Shown piece after piece: positions 38,464 to 51,619 of a DNA stretch of 64,000 bases (its first letter is position 1; each line of letters opens with the position of its first letter). The notes beneath the pieces were generated by a model that searched no databases, was not told where the DNA came from, and was given only the letters and a program-made list of their open reading frames with translations. Source of the stretch: Carcharhinus amblyrhynchos (Eukaryota); NCBI GenBank assembly GCA_965287045.1, contig OZ336875.1, positions 86,800,001 through 86,864,000 of the forward strand, given 5' to 3'. The position numbers were made by a program, and so were the translations under genes.

Positions 38464-39367
38464 GGGCAGAATTCTCCCAAAGAATTTCAAAGTGTCATAA
38501 CAGCAAAAACAATGGAGTGATCTGCGCTGGTCTCTCAGGCATGCGCCACACTGCAAACTTCCCACATTCAGTCACTTTTTTGGAGAGTTGGGAAATTCTG
38601 TGCCGGTACTGGGAGGGTGGGGCCTAAACATGCTGGTGAGCCCAGCTTCAGAGCACTTGGGCACCATCATTCAAGGGTGCCCCGATTTCTCAGTGCACTG
38701 GGAGACTCCTCTCCCTCACTCTTCAGCAGCATTTTCCCCAACCCCCCTTCCCAAAATGGGTCACCAACATTGGGGCCCTCCCAATGTGTCTCCTTGCTCG
38801 ACCCCAGAATGCCCATCCCCCATCAGGACCTCCAACATGATCCATCCCTGCATGACCCTATCATCATGTCTCCCAATCAGGCTCCAACTGGCAATGATGG
38901 GGTGCCCAACTGGCACCATCAGGATGCCTTGTGGCTACAGCCAGGGTACCTGGTGGGCCAGTACCAGTTGGACCCCACCATGGGCATTGTCTGGCCATGC
39001 TCCCAACTCCTCCAGAGTTTTTAGTGGCCTCTAAGCAGCCCCCTTCCAGTGTGACCAATATACCAGGTCTCCACTCGTGGAAACCAGTAGTGATTCAAGC
39101 TGTTATCATGCCGGGCCTGAAGGCTAATGAGTTCCGTGCACTAGGATTTGAATGGGCTATGCATATTTAAATAGTACTTTAAATCTTATGTTCTTATGTT
39201 AAATTTGCTAATCAGACTCGCACCCAGATCTGCTTTGCACCATTAGGAAGGGGTCAGGAGACACGCAATCTGTTTGGTGACAGGTGTGAAACAGATTTTA
39301 GGTCTGCATGCTATTCTCTGGGATTAGAGTGATCTACTAATGGCGCGGCAAATTCAGAGAATCGCCC
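38464..39367. mobile_element. Non-autonomous DNA transposon (Harbinger-like termini) inserted in a DeuSINE/L2 tail
   Basis: Terminal inverted repeats GGGCAGAATTCTC and GAGAATCGCCC. The flanks join to ACTTCAAAGCAACTCA..TTG...TATAAATTCAAGTCATTCTTT. Confidence 0.75.
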
Positions 39368-39829
39368 TCATTGTGTGTGAAGTTCTTTGGGTTATTTTTG
39401 AAAGACATGCAAGGTACTGTATAAATTCAAGTCATTCTTTCTTCAGCAAAGGAAAAAAATCTATTTACAATCTCCTGAATCCCAGTTACAATGTCCTATA
39501 CTGCTGATTAATAACATGTGCAGTGTATCAAGATTTGAGTCAAAAATTATTGAAAAATCCACATTGATGATCAATTCTCCTGACTGATATACACCTAACC
39601 ATGAAACCTCTGTTGGAAGTAAAAAGAGCTGGTCTACAGCAAAATAATCCATACACACTGGAAAAGTTAATGGAGTGTGTTAAAAGGAGAGCCCTTTCTC
39701 TTCTCAAAAATTGGACTTTAATTAAGTGTAAAAGAGATTTTTGGTATTTGAAATCAAATTCAAAATCTATCCATGTCACAATATCAAGCAAATTTTAAAA
39801 ATAGTTTCAGCATTAAATCAAAATATTTC

Positions 39830-40350
39830 AGAAAGCAAACAGATCCTTTGGCCCTTTAAGTCCCCGCTACTACTTTTCTCTACATGAGCCACATTATCTA
39901 ATCAGACTTCAGTTCATTCCTCATGGCATTTGATATCTTTCAAATAACTTTTCAAAGAACGTATGGGTTCTGCTCCAAAAACGATTTGTGCTATAGAATT
40001 CTATTTACCTTCCTTTTTTCTGATATCACTTTTAATTTTTTTTTGCAATGTTTAATACACTTGACAATCTTCAATCAGTAATCCCTCAGTTTTCTCAGCT
40101 CTAGTGAAGAAGCCCACCAAACATTTCTGCATCCATCTGCCCACATTCACATTAATGCCATGTGCTTTTATCTTTGCCACGTTTTCTACAGGCCTTGTTG
40201 ACCAAGGTTTCTTAGTTACACAAGTAGAGCCCCTGCCCTTCAAGGATCTGTTAAGGCATTCTACAGATATGTCCTTAAATACCTACCACTATTTGTCTGT
40301 TGTTTTATTCATTAACAGTTCCACCCAGTCTATTGTGGCCAATTTCTGAA
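39830..40350 (-). mobile_element. Decayed CR1 fragments
   Basis: ORF KIKAHGINVNVGRWMQKCL resembles CR1 RT KIKAHGI.G....WI..WL. CCAGTCTATTGTGGCCAATTTC resembles the linker region. Confidence 0.55.
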
Positions 40351-40982
40351 TTCCAATTCTAGATCAGCTATGATCAAATTGACTATTGGTGCAGCCCCAA
40401 GCAACTGAACATTTCCTAATGTTACAATGGTATTGTGATACCTTGTTAGTTATTTCTTTTTAAAAGGTATTTCTGTTATTAATTACTTCTTCAAAGCCTT
40501 ATATAATGCTGGGAAAGGATGAGCTGTCTTTAATTAATCCTTACTGAATGCATTTGATCAACTCATATTTCTCCAAGTGTTGAATAACTGCATCCTGCCC
40601 TTTAAAATTTAATAATTTATCAATAAATGAAGTAAAACTACCTGAGCTATAATTTCATCATGTAGTAGCACCTTGTTTCTCTTCCTATTTAGTGATTAAT
40701 TATCTATCCAAAATCTGAATAGCCAAAATAAGTTGCATTAGCTTAACAATTCATATTGTATACACTTCAATGCATCTCTAATACAATATCTTATTCGGAT
40801 GTTTGATCATTTGAATCATCATAAAAATTTTGTCCAACACCAGATAAAGCTTTGTTTTCAGAATTATTCTGATAACTGTGGATGCACCTGACAATCTGTT
40901 TTTAACTTTGAAATGCAAGATTATATGAATCCTATTAAACAATTTGTGAAAATTGTTAGAAAGATTTCAAGGCCCCTCAATC

Positions 40983-41146
40983 AGATTATGATTGCACATA
41001 TTCTGTAAGTCATTTCATTTGGTTGCAGCCTGTTACTCACTCAGAGGTACCATTATTCTATACATACATAGAATAATGGTACCTCTGAGTGAGTAACAGG
41101 CTGCAACCAAATGAAGTGATTTACAGAATATGTGCAATTATAATCT
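40983..41146. repeat. Near-perfect inverted repeat: 79-bp arms, 6-nt loop
   Basis: 40983-41061 pairs with 41068-41146 with 3 non-Watson-Crick positions. Loop ACATAC. Confidence 0.95.
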
Positions 41147-44100
41147 AATGGAGAGGTTGTTTGACACCACAAAGACCAATGATAGAGTTCAATGTGTTAA
41201 CGATCATCACGAAATCACTGGACAAAATTACAGCTCTGAAATCATTTCACATTTTGTGCAAATTTTGTTCCGTTTGGAATTGCTAATATAGTGTTGTATC
41301 ATCCTGCTCACATCAAGGATTTACTGATTTATGATATTAAATTAATTGAATTGATTGCAATAAGGTTCTTGGGCCACCATGACAACGTTTATACCTTAGA
41401 TAGGTATAATAAAGTACAGCACCTGGATCAACAAATCTTGAAAAATGCAGCAGGTATAATTTGCATTGTCACCACAGCAACATGTTCCATTGCAGCTGAG
41501 CAGGCAATTCAGTCAAAAGTTACCAGGATACAATTCAAGTTGCTTTACCAACAGCAATGAAAGCACTATGTAATAGAGAGAAAAATTAACTTCTACTTCT
41601 CTATATTCGCAATTCAACCAAACTATCATCTTCAAAAGGTATCAGTTAGGATGTGGGCTCTTTCAGTAGGCAGATTCACTGACAAATAATTTTTTTTATG
41701 TCTGGAGATTTGTTGAGCATTGTAAATTAGAAAAACTTTACTGCTGAATAATTTTCACTTTATTCATACGTTTAAATTTACCACAAATAACATTTACCTA
41801 AATGTTTCTCAAGGTATTTCATTTTGTATGAAGCGGGTAGCAGCCTTGGGCTGCACAAAATACCTCTGTGCCAATATCTTCTGAATTACAGTATTTAAAC
41901 TGGTAACACCCGAATACTGTAAAAACAAAGATGTTCTATGAAGGTCAAAAATTGTTCAGGGCTATAGGCTGATCAACCCACTAGAATGGTACGCTGATTG
42001 TACTTAATGATGGATATTATTTTGGTGAGTATATTTAACAACACCTTTTGATAGGCTGTAACTAGAAGGAATGACATGCAACCAATAATTTGAGTGTTCT
42101 TGCACAAAGACTACGTTGTCCTTCTGTGAGCCTGGGCAAGTGCATCCTTCAGACACTTTGAACAAGCCATTTTTGTGTATGCACATCACAATGATTCAGC
42201 TGCTTTGTCAAGATTTGGATGATTGTCATTGATTACAAAGCATTAAATACTGTGCATTTTGTACACAATACAATTTAATATGAGGTTCCCATAGTATTAA
42301 ATTAGTTAACTGTATTTCAAGACCTACACAGCCTGCCCAAAATAAATCATAAATTTTGTCAATTCCATGACCATCACTTAATTGTTCACTGTATTTTTCT
42401 TACATAAGTTTTAATAAATGTATATTGTTGGTCGCTAACACTGTTGCCCCGACAGGACTCCAGACAGTTAGGCTATGCAGGAAAATTGTTGGTACATTCA
42501 AATAACCTGGATATTTTATAAGTTGCCATGTACAAAAAAAGATTGATCACCTTGCTTGTTTGCACATAGAATTTATAAAGCTGCAGTAAATTTTTTTTTC
42601 TGGTAATCCATTAATAACTATGCCAAATGGTGTGTCATTAATTCAAGTTATTTAAAAACTTCTTCAGTCTTTAAATGGGGTCCAACCCACTGGCGTAGAA
42701 GTTATATCTTTGTCTGCAAATTGCAGTGGGATGCAATTTTTCCATGTGTTATCATTCCTTTGGTACAGATAGGGGCTGAATTATAGTTATTCACTTTCTC
42801 ACAAGAAATTGAAAAAGACAGTTTTTTAAAAAGTAGATTTACAGAAATATACGTAAGCAAGCAATGGCCTAATACTTAGCTTATGTAAAATAAATGTGCG
42901 TACAAAACAAAATCTTGATCCTATTTTGATTTAGGAACTGAATTCTCCTGTGGTGTTCCAGAGGTTATCCAGCTTGATCTCCCTGCACAGTTTGACAAAG
43001 TTATCAGCTAAATACCAAAACAAACCACAATTCAAACAACACAGAACACGGTAACACAGTGAAACAAAAAGAAAAATCTGTATAAAGCTAGCAATAAACA
43101 ATACTTCAAACTCTCTCCACAATACCACCTAGTAAGGTTTAATTTAGTTCCTTATATATGACCTTCCCTACCAATGTTCATCTGCCCATTCTCAATAATG
43201 AATTGCACTGCAGATTTGAATACCAACTTAAAGAAGTGTGTTCAAGAAAATTGAAAAACATTAATAAAATATCAGCTAAAACTGCTTTAGAAACAGAAAA
43301 ATGCAACTGTTTAAAATATGGAGGAAAATGTTGACTCGGTAATGTCTCAATATTTATTGCTTAAAATAGAATTTTAATAAAATAAAATTGCTTTTGATAA
43401 TTTAACAGAATCTATTTGTCTCTAATTGTGAAGCAGTTTTGGAGGGAGTAATAATTATTTTACAGTGATAACATAAATAGTGCAACAATGATAAGAAGGT
43501 GCCCTTTTAAATATTTTTATTATCCTTGCATGAATTACATGAGCCACATTTTTAAATTGATAAACATAATAGTTTTTGACATTTTAAATAATATTTAATC
43601 TTGGAAATCATGTGGAAAACAAATATTATTCATTTAAAATGCACTTTCAACATTAATAAATATTACAGTCAGTATTAGGAAAATATACTGCAATTTTTTC
43701 CTAAGTCTCCAAGTAAAAGAAATTTGAGGGAAATTATATATTATTTTTATTTAAAATGTCCAAATATTGTAAATTTCCACTTTAAACAAAATTCCAATTT
43801 TACTGCGTTGGCTTTACAATTACTATTTTGGAGCAAAATTCTTCGTACCAAAGTTAATTTTTTAATTAACTTTTCAATGATGTCAGGCACTCTGGAAACA
43901 ATAATTCCTAGACATAACCTGGCAACTGTTTTCCAGAATTCAGGGTAATCAAAAGGCAAAGGGGTGGGGGAAATTTTCCCTAAGAATAGGCAGTGCACAT
44001 ATCGCCTGTTTCCCAATTTGCTGTTTCACACAGGATAAATTAAATCTGTTCAACTCTGATACGTTACAAACACTCTCAAATTTGACAATGACTAAACAAA

Positions 44101-45989
44101 AGGTTTGAAATTCAACCTGTACCCAGCATAGAAGGAGTTGCAGTCACATGCTGCAGAATTTATAGGAGGAACTTCTAGTCAAAAGAAACCACAATAAACA
44201 TCAACACTTTGGCAAAGGAATATGATGAGGATTACAAATTCACAAATGTCTATTTGAATATTTACACCAGGAAGTGCTTGAATTATGAATCAACAAATTT
44301 ATTAGATGCATAAAACAAATTTCTCCCCCATTAGTGGAGAATGTTACAATGCTTTTCCAGAAGCATGATCTAACTAATATCTAAATTATTTGTGATCTAA
44401 TTAATCCAGATCAAGTTATGCTGGGTCAGTTCCTCAAATTTGCTCCAGTTAGATTCCACAAATCGTTTCTCATTATATACTCTTGACAGTTTTTACCAAG
44501 AAATCTTTCAATTGCTCAACATGAAGAAGAGATTTTAATTGATGCATGAGGGAGAGGGAAAGTTACAAAATAAACCTGCCTCCATGGTCCCTTTTTTCTT
44601 TGAGTAGCTGAGTGGCTCACTTTGCAATCCAGAATCCTTGTATGTGACATCTCCAAATGTGAAATTCTGAAGGATTCATTCGCTGTAGCTCAAGTTCAGG
44701 CCAGACTAATGAGGTATACAAAAAGGGACAATGTTTGATTCAAAGAGATTCATTTCATTTTTTAAATTTACTTCATTCTTGAAGTTACAAAGTCAAATGC
44801 AGAGAGTGGACTGGGCACCCTCTTAATCCGTCTTCGTGTTTGCTCCAAAAAACAATTCAAATTCAAATTGAATCCAATTCATGGTCCCCATAAAGAGAGA
44901 TAGACAAGATCCAAGCTGACAAGAAAAGGCATTGCACCTCATCTTGGGCCTGATCTGATGCTTAATGATTCAGAAGGATTAATGTTTTACCACTATAAAA
45001 CTGCAGCAATTTCATGACAGCAGTGCTATACATGTGCCTTGTCTCCCATTCCAGCTTACGCTTCTATCTACACTATTCTCCATCAGACAGAAGTGGACTA
45101 TGACTGATGATTAACTGCAACAGACAGCAAGACACCTGTGCATTTGCTATTGGCAGTAATTTGTAAATGTAAGAGTGCCTATAGGCAAGTGCTTGCTAAC
45201 TTTGGGTGCATCGTGCACCCGAATGTTGTTAATCTTATTCAAATATTTAACTGAGTTCCAAGCACCCAGTGATTCTTCTTTAAGACTACTGATCATAATG
45301 GAATAAGGAATATTTTAACATTACCTCTTTTTTTCTGTTTCTCTTGGAGTTTGGGATAAATTTGAGAAGGCAGGGTTGGTATCAGCAAAAATATTCAGAA
45401 GAGAATCACACTTTTCCCCATTTTATTCTCCCTCTACTAATAAGGGTCACAGTAAAGAGTTAAAAGCATTTTACCAGCATGAAAAATGCACAGGTTTCCA
45501 GAACTATGAAAACCAACAATGTGCACAGTTAGCATGAGATGAGTCCTAAGTTTGTTCTAGAAGATTTCAAAACATAATACCTGAAAGCAGAGGTCTATTT
45601 AAAAAAATAAATGTGACAATCATCCAACAGGCAGTAAATCTCACCTCACACGTGCATCAATTTCTAATTATATATCTGAAAGCTATTTTCATCCAGCCTT
45701 TGTACTGCAATCTGCTTTTACAGTTCTCCATGTTTCAGGCTTATTACACATCCGTACCAACTCTGATAGCCTTACTGGACCTTTTCCTGGCACTTTAAAA
45801 TAGAAAGGAATGCAAATTCCTGTAATAATGTTAAACATAATCATACTACACCACGTCCTATAGATGTAGTCTAGAGCACAAAATCTAAAGATTTTTTTTC
45901 ATCGAAATGTGATTTATATATCTACCTAAATGCAGGTTATAAAATGTTAGAAGTGGTACAATGTACTTATCAAAGGAATGAAAGCTTCT

Positions 45990-46400
45990 TACAATGGAGA
46001 CCTTACAGGCATTAATCATTAGTGCCGCGTATCTGCTGCATGCCACTGAGGATTGTGACACTTTATTTCATGCTAGTCACAGCTGCCAGTGCTTCGCTGG
46101 CATGAAAGCAAAAGCACTCAGAATTCTGCGATAGTTTGAGTATTCTCAGGAGGAAGTGGTGTGTTTTTTTTCCCTCCCACTCTCTCTTTTCTTGTGGAGG
46201 AGACAGCTGAGGATAGCAATTCACAGACCTTTCTCCAACTGTCATTCGCCACGCCCTGTCTGGTCCCTCCTACTATCTTTGTCTCATTAAAAACAGCGCC
46301 AAACTGGCAGTGTGCCACATGCAAAACGAACAGTCCCTTTCTCCAGAAAAAAAAATCATTTAAAAACCTGTTTATCATCACTTGCATCTTAATTCCATGA
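45990..46400. promoter_or_regulatory. Candidate enhancer
   Basis: Repeat-free with CpG retention; ETS (GAGGAAGTG), E-boxes (CAGCTG), KLF-like (CCACGCCC) and NFI-like sites. Confidence 0.25.
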
Positions 46401-49361
46401 GGGTACTCTAAATTGCCTTTATTATATTGTTTTTATAACCTCTGCCTACTGCAGCAGGCATTTAGTTTAATAAAAAAAATGCAAGACTTGGGAGGTTTGC
46501 TCCTTCTCTACCCTCCATCTAATTCTTATCGAGTGAGAAACTGGCAGCTCTCCAAACCCACTGTCGCAAAGCCAGAGTCAGTCAAGGTCACAAATATCTA
46601 TCTTATGCTCTCATCAGGCACTAATCTTACAGTAAATAAGCCTACAGACTAAGGTTGTCTTAGTTCACGGAGGACCTTTCTTCTCAAACTAGTTTGTAAA
46701 CATTATTGTGATATCTGCTGTAAGAAGTTATATAACAGCCATGTGAGTACAGCCTGAACCAAACCTTGTTTTCCCTTCTCTCCCCCTTTCTCATTCTGTT
46801 CACATTTAGATATGCAGTGTCTTTTGTGTGTATAATTTCACACTTATCAGCAAAGAAAGATGGCATACTGCTTTCTGTTGGCTGATCCAGCTCCTCTTAA
46901 ATGCCATAAGACTGCCCAGAGGCTCATTAATAATTACAGATGGCTTTCCATTCCCAAACTTAAATTCTCAAGCACCACATGATTAAGAGCAGTTGTGAAA
47001 GCTGTTTGTTTCCTTGCCTTCTCCATGTTGCAGCAATTTAAGACATTCACTGTCTAATTCAATAACTGCCATACAAACAGGTTAAAGAATAAAATATCGA
47101 AACTGCTTTCCTTTTTTCAAACAAACTTTTCTGGGACTTGCTTTAAAATTTGGGTAAATTGTACTCAAGTCCAAAAAAGAAAATTTAAGTACATTTCCAA
47201 GCCTGAGTACGAAGGAAGAGTTTATTTTTAATGATCCGTGGATTCAGATATAAATAGATAGCCAGAAATTGTCTGTTCATCGATTGTACTTTCAGAGTAA
47301 GAGGTCCGAGCTGTCACTGTCCATATAGACACAGATTATTTATTTTTGTGAAAGCATTCAGTTTAAAAATGCAGCCAATTAGCACTGCAAAACAACAACA
47401 TTAATTTGGAAAAGAAACTGGCTTGCAAGATGCTTAAGAGATCTGAGGGTAAGTGGATTGGAATGATTTTGACAATAATCCAAAAATTAAGTTACTTTTT
47501 TCCCCAAAACTAAACAGGAAAAGAACAAAGTTGTGAGAGCAAGCTTAATTCGGTTACCTGCAAGAACCAGCATGTTGGGAGTTTTAATTCCACAGATATT
47601 ACTGGAAAAATCCTCACAAACCTTATAACCTTACCTTGCCATGGGGACCAAACATCCACGTTCCAAGAACTATAACAGCATTCTATAATGACTCCATTTG
47701 ATTTTGCTTCCTTGTGACCTGAACAAACTGGTTTTCCATGAAGACATGATTGAACCGAGAAACTCTTGTGAACACGAATAGAGAGTATAAGGTATGTTCA
47801 GCTTTGCTTAGGAATGCCAACACACAGTGCCACTCTCATGCTCTTTTTTAGGTACAGAAAAATAGAACAAGCTCTCAAACATAAATTAAAATCATTAGAG
47901 TCAAACTCACAAACTGAAAGTCAGTCCTTTGCGATTTATTGAATTACTCACAAAATCATAAGTACAGGTCAAGAAGGCTCATCTTCAGTCGTTCGTCTAA
48001 AATAACCAACAATCTCATCACAATCTCTGTTTAAATGACTACAAGGTGTTAGCCTCAGATGAGAGTTCATCACAATATCTATTTGTGGATCAGCAAAAAG
48101 ATGTACAAAGCACTCCGAAATATAAAATAATAAAAAATGAATAATTAAACATCAGAAAATTAAGCTGCTTTTAAATACTGTCATCTGTGATAAAATTCGA
48201 GTGAGCAGACATTCCATTTAAAGAACTTCGTGCTCTGTTGTCCTTGGATACGGCATTTGCTCAGATAGTAAAATGCTATTTCAAGCCAATCTCTATAACA
48301 CTGCTACTGTAAGATTCGGCAGTGTGAAAAATCATTCTGGCATGATGCTACATCCTCCATCTTAGCCACAGCTGGCACTCAGCTACATGAATAAAGCAAC
48401 TGCGGTCATATATTCATTGCTGTGAGAAAACCTGAATGTTTAGGCTCCTAACAACCACATAAAAAGTTCATTGGCACTTTTTTTAGTCAGCCTCCTCTGA
48501 CCTATAAACCTTTGTGACTGGAACAAATGCAAATAAAGCTGACTTGCTTAGACAAAACACTGAAGGGTATTCAAATCAGCCGTTTCTGGCCTGCTAACAC
48601 TAATTCACTGCATCACACTGCACAGACCTTTTAAAAAATAACAGTCAGCATTTTAGGCCCATAAAACCAGAACAAGGAAGGTGAAGTTAAGAACAGAGCA
48701 AAATTGTTGTTCAGTTACCTGCATCACATGCTGGAGAGCTGTCAGGAAGTGAAACAGCACTTTCTGCAAATGTTTCAACTCATAGGCGGACGACTTAGCA
48801 ATGGAATATTAAATTACAAACACTGATATTTTTGAATAAATATTTGAATAATTACAAGGAAATATTCAAAACAATAAAGAAATTTTTTTTGTGTACATTG
48901 TGCATGGGAACAGCAGAGGACTGGAAGAATGGCATTCACAGGCCCAACAGAAACACGTAAGGTGAAAAACCAGAAAGAAAACTCAGATTGTAGATCAGGC
49001 ATAGTATACATAGTACAAACCAACTCAGATTATTTAAATTGTCAGAGTCTTTCCCTCTCCTCAAGTTTATTGCCAACACTGATCCAAGTTAGTTTGGTAA
49101 ATTAGAAATAAAATGATTATTCTCTGTCCTCTACTTCTATGTTAAGCTTTTGCAGAAGATGAGCATTGGCCCTGTCCATGTTAGCTTGATGCACATACTC
49201 CTGTATATAAGTGTTGACTTCGTTTCCCAAAGCCATGGTAGGAATCAGAGTCTGAACTGAACAATATCAATCTAATTTAAATTTCAGCAACTGTGTGCAC
49301 TTATATCATGCCTTTAATTTAGAATACCACTCCTCAACTTCACAGAAGCTTGAAGAAAATG

Positions 49362-49550
49362 GAACAAAAACAGAAAATGCTGCAAAATCCCAGCAGGTAT
49401 GACAGCATTTGTGGAGAGAGAATAGAGTCAATGTTTTGAGTCTGGAGGAGCAACCCTGACGAAGGGTCATCCAGCCTTGAAATGCTGGCACTATTTTCTC
49501 GATACAGATGCTGTCAGACCTGCTGAGATTTTTCAGCATTTTCTGTTTTG
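49362..49550. mobile_element. Palindromic short Penelope-like repeat (family B) with hammerhead motif
   Basis: AAAACAGAAAATGCTG...CAGCATTTTCTGTTTT inverted arms. 49456-49482 reads CTGACGA-AGGGT CATCCA GCCTT-GAAA. Confidence 0.8.
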
Positions 49551-49569
49551 GTGTGTGATGAAAATTGGA

Positions 49570-50110
49570 ATGCTGACCAAAAGCTTTGTTGAAGCATCAA
49601 GTGCAAAATATGGGAGCTAGACAACTAAAGACAAATTTGTTTCCAAATTTAGAGCAAAAGCTGGGAGATGAATAACAGGATTAAAGAGGAGGTTGCAGGA
49701 CTAGAGTAGATTAGACAGTTAGGGAGGGATAAGGCTATTAAGGGATTGAAGTACAAGGATAATAATTTAAAATTTCACAAGTAGGCTGAACACAGTTAGT
49801 GTAGATCAATGAGCATTGTGCTAAAGGTGTGAGCAGAATTTTCTGCAGAGAAAATAATGGACAAAATGCTTTTAAGTTAAATGAAATTGCTTACAGGTGA
49901 AGAAAAGGAGATTGTTAAGGAAAGGATTGGTGTACTCAAATCTGGTGGTGACAAAAACAAGGGTGAAGGTTTCAAAGGCAAGTAGACTGAGGTAAGCAAT
50001 ATTATAAAAGCATAAGTGATCTTTGCAATGGAAAGAATGTGAAGTAGGAAATTCAGTGTCATACAGCCTGTCTCAGGCTGAAAAGTGTTCTGAAAACGGG
50101 ATGAAGACAC
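49570..50110 (-). mobile_element. Decayed L2-like LINE
   Basis: GACCAAAAGCTTTGTT...GGAGGTTGCAG...AGGGAGGGATAAGGCTATTAAGGGATTG...GTAGATCAATGAGCA is a recalled L2 antisense pattern. Confidence 0.5.
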
Positions 50111-50751
50111 ATTCAATGGTACAGAATAATTGTGATAGCGACTACAGGTTTCACCTTACAAAAGGAAAAAAGGAAATGGGGAATGAGAAAAATGGGGATT
50201 AGGGAAGGGGAGGGTCATAGAAGGAAAGGTCGTGAAAAGTCAGTCTGTACACTGAGTTCCATTTCATCCCATCCCAAATCTTGTCACCCACTTAGGCTTG
50301 ATTCTCCCATTGACTATTGCCTGTATTTTCCAATTAACAACACCTACAATTCAGACCAACATAATGAGACAGAGAGAATCACAAATTCTCTACAGTGCAG
50401 AAGTATATTAAATACATTAATTGGTCCTATCTGTTCGTATTCCTTCCCCACAAAAACTTAAATCCTTCCATTTCTTAAGATATCCCACCTCCGTTACTCC
50501 ACTACCCCGCTACCAATATATTGTGAACAATACATTGGGGGGCAGTTAATGTAACTGTACATGGCAAAGGGGTTCTGGATATCATAACAAAGGATTTTAA
50601 TGGTTTAGCTCATTAAAGCAGAATCAGGCAAAACTACATTACCTCCATCCATGTTCTGTGAAGGTGGACGTATGTAAGATTTTTGTCCCTGTTTATTAGT
50701 CTGTAAAGAATTTATCTCAAAAATTAAATGAACAAATTTCAACAAAATCAT

Positions 50752-51267
50752 GGGGCAGCATGATGGCACAGTGATTAGCACTTCTGCCTCACAGCGTCAG
50801 GGTCCCAGATTCAATTCTGGCCTTGGGTAACAGTCTATGTGAAGTTTGTACGTTCTCTCGTGACTATGTGAGTTTCCTCCATGTGCTCTGGTTTCTTCCC
50901 ACAGTTCAAAAGATGTTTTCTTTGTTCTTTAAATACGATAGTGACTTTCAAGTGGCATCTTGACAACATATGAATAAGATGGGATGAGAGGCATGTGGTC
51001 CCTGGAAGAGTAGGGGGTGTTAATTCAGTCGGGCACCATGGTCAGTGCAGGCTTGGAGGGCCAAAGGGCCTGTTCCCGTGCTGTAATTTTCTTTGTTCTT
51101 ATGTGTGGATTAGGTTGATTGGCCATGCTAAATTGCTCCTTAGTGTCAGGGGGATTAGCAGGATAAATACGGGCAGTTACAAGTATAGGGCTTGGGTGGC
51201 GTTGTTGTCGGTGCAGGCTTGATGGGTGGAATGTTTCCTTTTGTATTGTAGGAATTCTTTGATTCTA
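50752..51267 (+). mobile_element. HE1-like tRNA-derived V-SINE with a CR1 3' end inserted at about 50917-51100
   Basis: A-box TGGCACAGTGATTAGC, B-box GATTCAATTC, V-domain GTTTCCTCCATGTGCTCTGGTTTCTTCCCACAG, TTGGCCATGCTAAATTG. The insert matches the tail at 5586-5770. Confidence 0.85.
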
Positions 51268-51619
51268 AGTTTTTATCTCATTGAAAAATGAATGTTGTTA
51301 GGATGGATGAAGAGTTTAAAAGAGCTGAAGGATGACCAGAGTTGAATATCATTAGCACACTGGTAGAAGCCGACTTTATGTATGTTGATAATGTTGGTAA
51401 AGCATGTAAATGGCGTAAGCAAACCAGCACAAGGATTAATACTTAAGGCATTCTGAAAGTTTGTTTGTGGTGGGAGTGGTGGTGGTGGTGGTGATGGTTA
51501 CAATAGTGGGAAGAGAAGCCATTGCTAGAAATGCTCTAACAAATATTGGTAAAATACGACTGGAAGCAAGTTGGGGCAGTCCAAGAGAGCTGAACAAAGA
51601 AGGAAAAGCTAAGGTTCCA

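Noticed and set aside
45328-45420. Minus-strand coding exon CDSLLNIFADTNPAFSNLSQTPRETEKR with donor GAG|GTAATG
   Set aside because: An in-frame TAA lies just upstream and there is no credible acceptor after it.
51465-51500. Poly-Val / poly-Thr ORFs
   Set aside because: Simple (GTG)n microsatellite.
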